This document shows, piece after piece, positions 48,121 through 53,516 of a DNA stretch of 53,516 bases (position 1 is the first letter of the stretch; each line of letters opens with the position of its first letter). The position numbers were made by a program, and so were the translations under genes. Origin of the DNA: Promethearchaeota archaeon. GTDB lineage: Archaea; Asgardarchaeota; Lokiarchaeia; Sigyniarchaeales; SOKP01. The DNA is taken from assembly GCA_048938025.1 (NCBI GenBank), contig JBHLMP010000027.1:1-53516 (forward strand), read 5' to 3'. The notes beneath the pieces were generated by a model, which saw nothing but the letters and a program-made list of their open reading frames with translations, made no database searches and was not told the origin of the DNA.

Positions 48121-48981
48121 ATGTCAGAAGTAGGAATAGAACCTACATATGTAGGGAAAAATGAAAATTTAGTGTTTGAAATCCCTCAAGAATTATTTAA
48201 TCTGAACTTAGGTCCCGCAGATGTATTTGATCGTGAAAGTGCAAAATTATTTAGTAAATATTTAAGGGGAACCTTTAAGGGCTTTCAAAATGCAAGAAAA
48301 ACTAAGTATGGAAATGAGAATAATACAAAGACAAAAGTTTCACCTGATTTTTGGTCTGAATTTGAAAAGAAGGCAAAAAACTTAGATGTAGATTTTATAG
48401 GATATACTCCTGTTAATGAAAATTATATCTTTAAAGGTCTTAAAGTATATGGAAAAAATGCTATAATTCTTGGTATGGAATTGAAGTGGGATAAAGTTAA
48501 AACAGCACCAAGCGGAAATTGTGAAATTGAAAGTTTCCGGGTATATAAAGTACTGGGAGATATTACAACTGAATTAACCGAATACTTAAAGGAACAAGGA
48601 TATAAAAGCGAGGCACACCATCCTTTTGGAGGAAAACTTTTAGATGGTCCTCACGTTGTAGCCGCGAACTTAGGGGTAATGGGACAAAATGGTTTAATAA
48701 TCACTCCTGAATTTGGACCAAGACAGAGATGGAGCATGATTACAACTGATGCTGAGATACCTAAAACCAAAAAGAGAGATTTTAGTGAATTGGAAGAATT
48801 TTGCAAAGGATGTGGAGCTTGTGTAAAAAATTGTAAAGGTGGAGCAATATATGAAGAACCAATTAAAAAAAATTCAGGGGTAATTACCCACATTGATCGC
48901 TCAAAATGCATTGAGAGTTTATTAAGCAATAATTATTGTAGTTATTGCCTTAAAATATGTCCTTTAGGACATAAAAAATAA
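48121..48981 (+). CDS. Reductive dehalogenase / epoxyqueuosine reductase-like cobalamin and 2x[4Fe-4S] protein
   Basis: AANLG.MGQNGLIITPEFGPRQR...ITTD followed by CKGCGACVKNC and C...CSYCLKICP; no Tat signal. Confidence 0.75.
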   Translation: MSEVGIEPTYVGKNENLVFEIPQELFNLNLGPADVFDRESAKLFSKYLRGTFKGFQNARKTKYGNENNTKTKVSPDFWSEFEKKAKNLDVDFIGYTPVNENYIFKGLKVYGKNAIILGMELKWDKVKTAPSGNCEIESFRVYKVLGDITTELTEYLKEQGYKSEAHHPFGGKLLDGPHVVAANLGVMGQNGLIITPEFGPRQRWSMITTDAEIPKTKKRDFSELEEFCKGCGACVKNCKGGAIYEEPIKKNSGVITHIDRSKCIESLLSNNYCSYCLKICPLGHKK

Positions 48982-49093
48982 TTTTTCTTTTTATAATATA
49001 TTTTTAATTAAAGCCTTAAAAATCTTAATGAAGTTATCTAATATTACTAAAAATGATGTTAAAAAACTAAAGATCATTTTTAAAGTAAAGGAA

Positions 49094-49723
49094 CTAATCC
49101 AAATTCTTTTCTTTTCTAATTTGGTTGATTCTAAAAACAATAGATCCATGAGTTAGTATTGAAATTGTAATTAAGCATATTGGAATCGCCCAATTTGTAA
49201 AGATTGCAAAAATTCCTCCTAAAAACACAAGAAAAAGCCTTGTATCACGTCCTTGAATAGTTCTAGAAAAACTAATATCTTTTTTTAACTCAACTTTAGC
49301 AGCTGTATAACTTATTGAATAAGCACCTGTAATAGTTATTATTCCTAATAAAAATGCATGTTTAATCAAAAGAACATTAAAAGAATAAAAAATAAGACTT
49401 ACAAATATGAAAACGTCAACATAACGATCAATCACAGAGTCAAAGAAACCTCCAAAAAAAGAAGTTCTGCCATTGGCACGTGCTACTTCACCATCAGAAC
49501 CATCAATTATACTTGATACTTGAACAAGAATACCTCCCAAAAGAGGATAATTCATAAAAAAAAATATTGAACCAATAATTCCAGATAGCGCTGATATAAC
49601 AGATATTAAATTTGGGTTACAATTTGGCCAAAAATGCAAAATTAGTTTAGTTAATGGCCGAGAAAAATGTCTATTTATATATTTCGAAACCAAGCCATCT
49701 CCTTTTGCCGGTATTTTTATCAA
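49094..49723 (-). CDS. CDP-alcohol phosphotransferase, di-myo-inositol-phosphate-phosphate synthase (DIPPS)-like
   Basis: Signature DGSDGEVAR......FGGFFDSVIDRYVD; N-terminal DGLVSKYINR..SR and a late GRDTR motif as in DIPPS domains; TTG start. Confidence 0.8.
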   Translation of the reverse strand: MIKIPAKGDGLVSKYINRHFSRPLTKLILHFWPNCNPNLISVISALSGIIGSIFFFMNYPLLGGILVQVSSIIDGSDGEVARANGRTSFFGGFFDSVIDRYVDVFIFVSLIFYSFNVLLIKHAFLLGIITITGAYSISYTAAKVELKKDISFSRTIQGRDTRLFLVFLGGIFAIFTNWAIPICLITISILTHGSIVFRINQIRKEKNLD

Positions 49724-49793
49724 CTATTTACTTTTAAAATTAGTTACTAATAATCACTAAAATTTTATAGGATTTAATATCTTTTATGAGAAT

Positions 49794-50600
49794 GTGATAG
49801 GAATTTCAATTCGTTCTAATTGGGATTTTAAGAAAGAGTTAAATTCAATACTTGATTTAAATCTCGATTTATGTGAAATTCAGTTAGATAATCCTATATT
49901 TAAATTTCAAGAGCATCGAAGCAAAGCAATAAAACTTCTTAATAAATTGTACTCAACAGGCTTACAACTATCTTTCCACTTATCTTTTATTGATGTAAAT
50001 ATTGCCTCATTAGATAATAGTATACGTGATTACTCAAGTAGATTACTTAGCAAGGAGATAAAATTTGTAAAAAAGTGGAAACCTCTTTATATTGTTGTAC
50101 ATACAGGAAAAATAAGTGAAACTTTTTATAATATTCATTCTATAAAGGAAAGGGCTCATAAACAACAATTTAAAACATTATCAGAATTAATGCAAATTAC
50201 GAACTCTTATTCAATTCCATTGGCTATTGAAAATCGTCAAAAATCGATGACTGTGGGTTTGATTGAAAATGTAAACGATATCCATTATTATAATCGTTTA
50301 TTCCCTCCTTTGTACTTTTTACTTGACTTAGGACATCTTAATACATTTTATTCTAATTCTAACAAATTAATTGAAGATATTGAGTCTATCTGTGATCTTC
50401 CTATAATTGCAATTCATTTATCTAATAATTTTGGAAAAGATACACATGAAAGTTTAGAAACAGGAACAATTCTTATTAAAGAATTATTTTCAAAAGTCCA
50501 ATGGTTAAGAAAAAAATATCTAATTATTGAAAATAATTCACTAAAAGATACTATGCAAAGTTTAGATTTTTTATATAATAAGATTATAGGAAAAACATAA
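49794..50600 (+). CDS. Sugar phosphate isomerase/epimerase (AP-endonuclease-2 TIM-barrel family)
   Basis: Metal-ligand pattern FHL..D.N.AS, VVHTG, IEN, DLGH, IHLSNN...DTH and IIE. Confidence 0.8.
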   Translation: MIGISIRSNWDFKKELNSILDLNLDLCEIQLDNPIFKFQEHRSKAIKLLNKLYSTGLQLSFHLSFIDVNIASLDNSIRDYSSRLLSKEIKFVKKWKPLYIVVHTGKISETFYNIHSIKERAHKQQFKTLSELMQITNSYSIPLAIENRQKSMTVGLIENVNDIHYYNRLFPPLYFLLDLGHLNTFYSNSNKLIEDIESICDLPIIAIHLSNNFGKDTHESLETGTILIKELFSKVQWLRKKYLIIENNSLKDTMQSLDFLYNKIIGKT

Positions 50601-51074
50601 AATATTCTAAAAAGAATTAATAATAAACCCATTGGAAATTTTTATTAGAATAATCCAGTATTATTTCAAGCTTTTTTATTGATTTGGTTAGCTCTAAATT
50701 CTTATGAAATCATTGTTTATTAAAATAACTCTTTATATAATTAAAAAAAGATCTATCTTTTTAATTAAAAGCTAAAACTTTTATAATTGTTGGTAATATT
50801 AATACAATAATTGATAAAGAATTTTAATTATGATAGAAATTCAAAAATTTCTTTGTAGCTTTTTAGAAATCAAAAAATCAACTTTTTATGGATACATTAA
50901 ACTATTAGAGTTTAAGAAAACATTACACGAAAATTAAATTTTTTAAATTTAGTGATCTTGATCATTTCCCCTATAATATTTTAGAGTTGATTAAAAGCTC
51001 AAAAATAATTAAATTATGTTCGAGATTAGAAATTCACGATTTAGAAATACTAATGAAAGAGGCGAATTAAATTA

Positions 51075-51911
51075 ATGGCTAGAAAAGAATTCCAAGGTTT
51101 AATTCTAGCTGCAGGTCTTTCAAGTCGATTTAATTTCATGGATAGAAGATTTAAAAAGTATTTTTTGAAATTAAAGAACTCGAGTATTTTAGGATATATT
51201 ATTGTTGGAATGATTAAAGCAGGAATAAGAGAAATAAAGATAGTTTCTAGTAAAATTTATAATAAAATGAAATACAAAACAAGAATTTTAAAATCTATAG
51301 GACCATCATGGATAGATCTAAAAAATTTTGAATTAGAGATTATTGATAATAAGATTCCAGATAGAGAAAATGGATATAGCCTTCTTTTAGGTCTTAATAA
51401 AATTTCTTCCAAATGTACTTTATTAACTATGGCTGATCATATTTTTTCAAAAAATGTATTTTCTCAGATGATAAAAAACTATAGAAGAGAAGATATTCTT
51501 TTAGCTACAGATCCTATGTATATCAAAGGTTATTATGACCGAAAGGATGCAACAAAAGTATATGGAAAAAAATGTTTTATTATTGATATTGGAAAGGATT
51601 TGACACATTATAATCGATTAGACATGGGAGTATTTATATTAAAAACTGAAATTATTAAGAATATTTGCCAATATGTTGAATCAGATTTTGATAAATTTGG
51701 GGTTTCACATGTTATCTTATCAGCTCTTAATTCAGATTTAAACGTTGGCTATTATGACTTTCCAAATATTATTTGGTTAGATATCGATAATTATCAAAAA
51801 TATCGTCAATTAATAAGACTTTTTAATAAATCTTCTAACTTTTCTCCTTTTGGTCTTTCTAAAACTGAATACTTTGATTATTCAAATAATAAGAAGAAAA
51901 TACAGATTTAA
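51075..51911 (+). CDS. NTP-transferase, CTP:inositol-1-phosphate cytidylyltransferase-like
   Basis: ILAAGLSSRF, RENGYSL, MADH, DATKV, IGK.L..Y..LDMGVF and WLDID. Confidence 0.78.
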   Translation: MARKEFQGLILAAGLSSRFNFMDRRFKKYFLKLKNSSILGYIIVGMIKAGIREIKIVSSKIYNKMKYKTRILKSIGPSWIDLKNFELEIIDNKIPDRENGYSLLLGLNKISSKCTLLTMADHIFSKNVFSQMIKNYRREDILLATDPMYIKGYYDRKDATKVYGKKCFIIDIGKDLTHYNRLDMGVFILKTEIIKNICQYVESDFDKFGVSHVILSALNSDLNVGYYDFPNIIWLDIDNYQKYRQLIRLFNKSSNFSPFGLSKTEYFDYSNNKKKIQI

Positions 51912-51946
51912 AAATGCCAATTCAAAAATCATAAAAGTGAGAAATT

Positions 51947-53095
51947 ATGAGTAATATAAAAATAGCCATTATAGGCTTAGGTAATTGTGCTAGTGCTTTG
52001 ATTCAAGGAATCCAATATTATAAAAATAAGAAAAAAAAGGATGCTATTGGTTTAATGCATTGGGATATTGGAGGTTATAACCCCGGTAATATTAAAGTAG
52101 TTGCTGCTTTCGATATAGATTACAGAAAAGTAGGCAAAGATGTTGCGGATGCTATTTTCCAATTACCTAACTGTACCAAAAATTTTTATAGAAATGTACC
52201 TAAAACAAATGTTATTGTTAAAATGGGTCGAGTATTGGATAGTTTTCCAGCGCATATGCAAAATTATGATGAAAAATATTCCTTTGTGTTATCTGATCAA
52301 AAGCAATTAACACAAGAAGAAATAATACAAGAAATTAAAACATCAAAAGCAGATATGGTAATAAATTATCTTCCAGTAGGGTCTGAAAAAGCAGTAAAGT
52401 TTTATACAGAATGTGTATTAAAAGCAAAAGTAGGTTTCATAAACTGTATGCCTGTTTTTATAGCAAGTAATTCAGAATGGGCTCGAAAATTTAAAGAAAA
52501 TAACATACCAATTATAGGAGACGATATTAAATCTCAATTAGGAGCGACAATCGTACATCGGATATTAACAAACCTTTTTAAAAAAAGAGGTGTAAGACTT
52601 ACACGTACGTATCAGCTTAATACAGGGGGGAATACAGACTTTCTTAATATGATTGATAGAACTCGATTAGTATCTAAAAAACAATCAAAGACAGAAGCAG
52701 TTCAGTCTCAAGCAGCAATCCGATTAAAAAATGAAAACATTCATATTGGACCAAGTGATTGGGTGCCTTGGCAAAAAGATAATAAAGTTTGTTTTATTCG
52801 AATGGAAGGAAATATTTTTGGAGATATACCTATAAACTTAGAATTACGCCTTTCAGTAGAGGATTCTCCGAATTCTGCTGGAGTTGTAATTGATGCAATA
52901 AGATGTTTAAGGTTGGCACTTGATAGAAATAAAGGTGGTATTTTATACCAACCTTCAGCTTACTTTATGAAACATCCTCCTATTCAATACACAGATGACA
53001 AAGCCTATCAATTAACTGAAGATTTTATTCAAAATAAAATATATGAAGAAGTTTCTGGCGAAAAAAGTATCATCGAGACAATGGGTCTCGAATAA
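51947..53095 (+). CDS. ino1: myo-Inositol-1-phosphate synthase
   Basis: GLGNCASAL.QG, NYLPVGS, GDDIKSQLGAT, YQLNTGGNTDFLNM, SKT.AV, VEDSPNSAG and MKHPP. Confidence 0.96.
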   Translation: MSNIKIAIIGLGNCASALIQGIQYYKNKKKKDAIGLMHWDIGGYNPGNIKVVAAFDIDYRKVGKDVADAIFQLPNCTKNFYRNVPKTNVIVKMGRVLDSFPAHMQNYDEKYSFVLSDQKQLTQEEIIQEIKTSKADMVINYLPVGSEKAVKFYTECVLKAKVGFINCMPVFIASNSEWARKFKENNIPIIGDDIKSQLGATIVHRILTNLFKKRGVRLTRTYQLNTGGNTDFLNMIDRTRLVSKKQSKTEAVQSQAAIRLKNENIHIGPSDWVPWQKDNKVCFIRMEGNIFGDIPINLELRLSVEDSPNSAGVVIDAIRCLRLALDRNKGGILYQPSAYFMKHPPIQYTDDKAYQLTEDFIQNKIYEEVSGEKSIIETMGLE

Positions 53096-53150
53096 CAATT
53101 CTCATAAAAATGATTGAGATTACCTTAACATGTATTAGAAACGAGTTATT

Positions 53151-53516
53151 CTACCTTTTTAATTCATAAATAGTATCACAATAAGGATCTCCCGCAGCTA
53201 CAGTTTTTAGAATTTTCAATTTAATTTTTTCATTTACTGCAGTTCGAAAGTATTCATGATCAATTGTCATGGTTGCTTCACATAATTCTCTTGACGTATT
53301 TTCCAAACAGAAAGGACACTTAGTTCCTTGAATCTGGAATTTTTCATCGGAAAGAAAAATGATCTTAACAAATTTTGGATCAAGACTCTTTGAAAATGCC
53401 TCGCCAACGGTGGTCAATCTATAATTAGGTAATTTCTTGATAATTTTTAACCCTAACGCTCGCCCTTGTATTCTACAAACATCTTTAATAACAGATAATG
53501 ATTCTTTTCCAAATTT
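53151..53516 (-). CDS. ATC-hydrolase-like / V4R-type Cys protein (C-terminal part; 5' end beyond the window)
   Basis: The frame is open to the window edge (KFGKESLSVIKDVCRIQGRALG...); KCPF...LCEA...D...GDPYCD pattern as in 1243..1764. Confidence 0.7.
   Translation of the reverse strand, partial: KFGKESLSVIKDVCRIQGRALGLKIIKKLPNYRLTTVGEAFSKSLDPKFVKIIFLSDEKFQIQGTKCPFCLENTSRELCEATMTIDHEYFRTAVNEKIKLKILKTVAAGDPYCDTIYELKR

Noticed and set aside
50830-51071. Short frames upstream of the nucleotidyltransferase, one with an in-frame TAG (MDTLNY*SLRKHYTK…)
   Set aside because: No recognisable motif and very AT-rich. No pyrrolysine machinery is in the window to justify read-through.
1-53516. CRISPR arrays, rRNA/tRNA genes, transposases, integrases and selenoprotein (in-frame TGA) genes
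   Set aside because: I saw no regularly spaced repeats, GC-rich structural RNA blocks, recombinase motifs or genes split at a TGA. A by-eye scan could miss a divergent tRNA.

Overview
AT-rich, gene-dense prokaryotic DNA. Two tandem Rab-like small GTPases (WDIGGQ/NKxD/SAK, no prenylation cysteines), the low GC and the archaeal-type metabolic genes point to an Asgard archaeon, most likely Lokiarchaeia/Promethearchaeota (inference). The left half (about 2.0-25.3 kb) is a basic-amino-acid catabolic region with two parts. The first is an ArcE-like (arginine synthetase-family) P-loop enzyme, a flavodoxin, a tungsten-type aldehyde:ferredoxin oxidoreductase, a two-gene proline-dehydrogenase-like flavo/Fe-S complex, an OTC with Giardia-like motifs, carbamate kinase and ornithine aminotransferase, with no arginine deiminase. 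The second is a lysine fermentation operon kat-kce-kdd-kamA-kamB-kamD-kamE, the transaminase variant, lacking kal and kamC. A secreted penicillin-acylase-family enzyme lies between the two parts. The right half holds oxidoreductases, a ThDP enzyme, hypB, methyltransferases, an ABC pair, the Rab-like pair, a SNF2/RapA-like helicase, a reductive-dehalogenase/QueG-like protein, and an ino1 + cytidylyltransferase + DIPP-synthase-like set. Read directly from the DNA and absent from the ORF track: a 108-bp duplicated promoter/start region, a 57-aa 10-Cys protein with a non-ATG start, a small pseudogene and a candidate box C/D sRNA. No rRNA, tRNA, CRISPR array or transposase was seen. Family assignments come from motif recognition and remembered reference sequences, not database searches.
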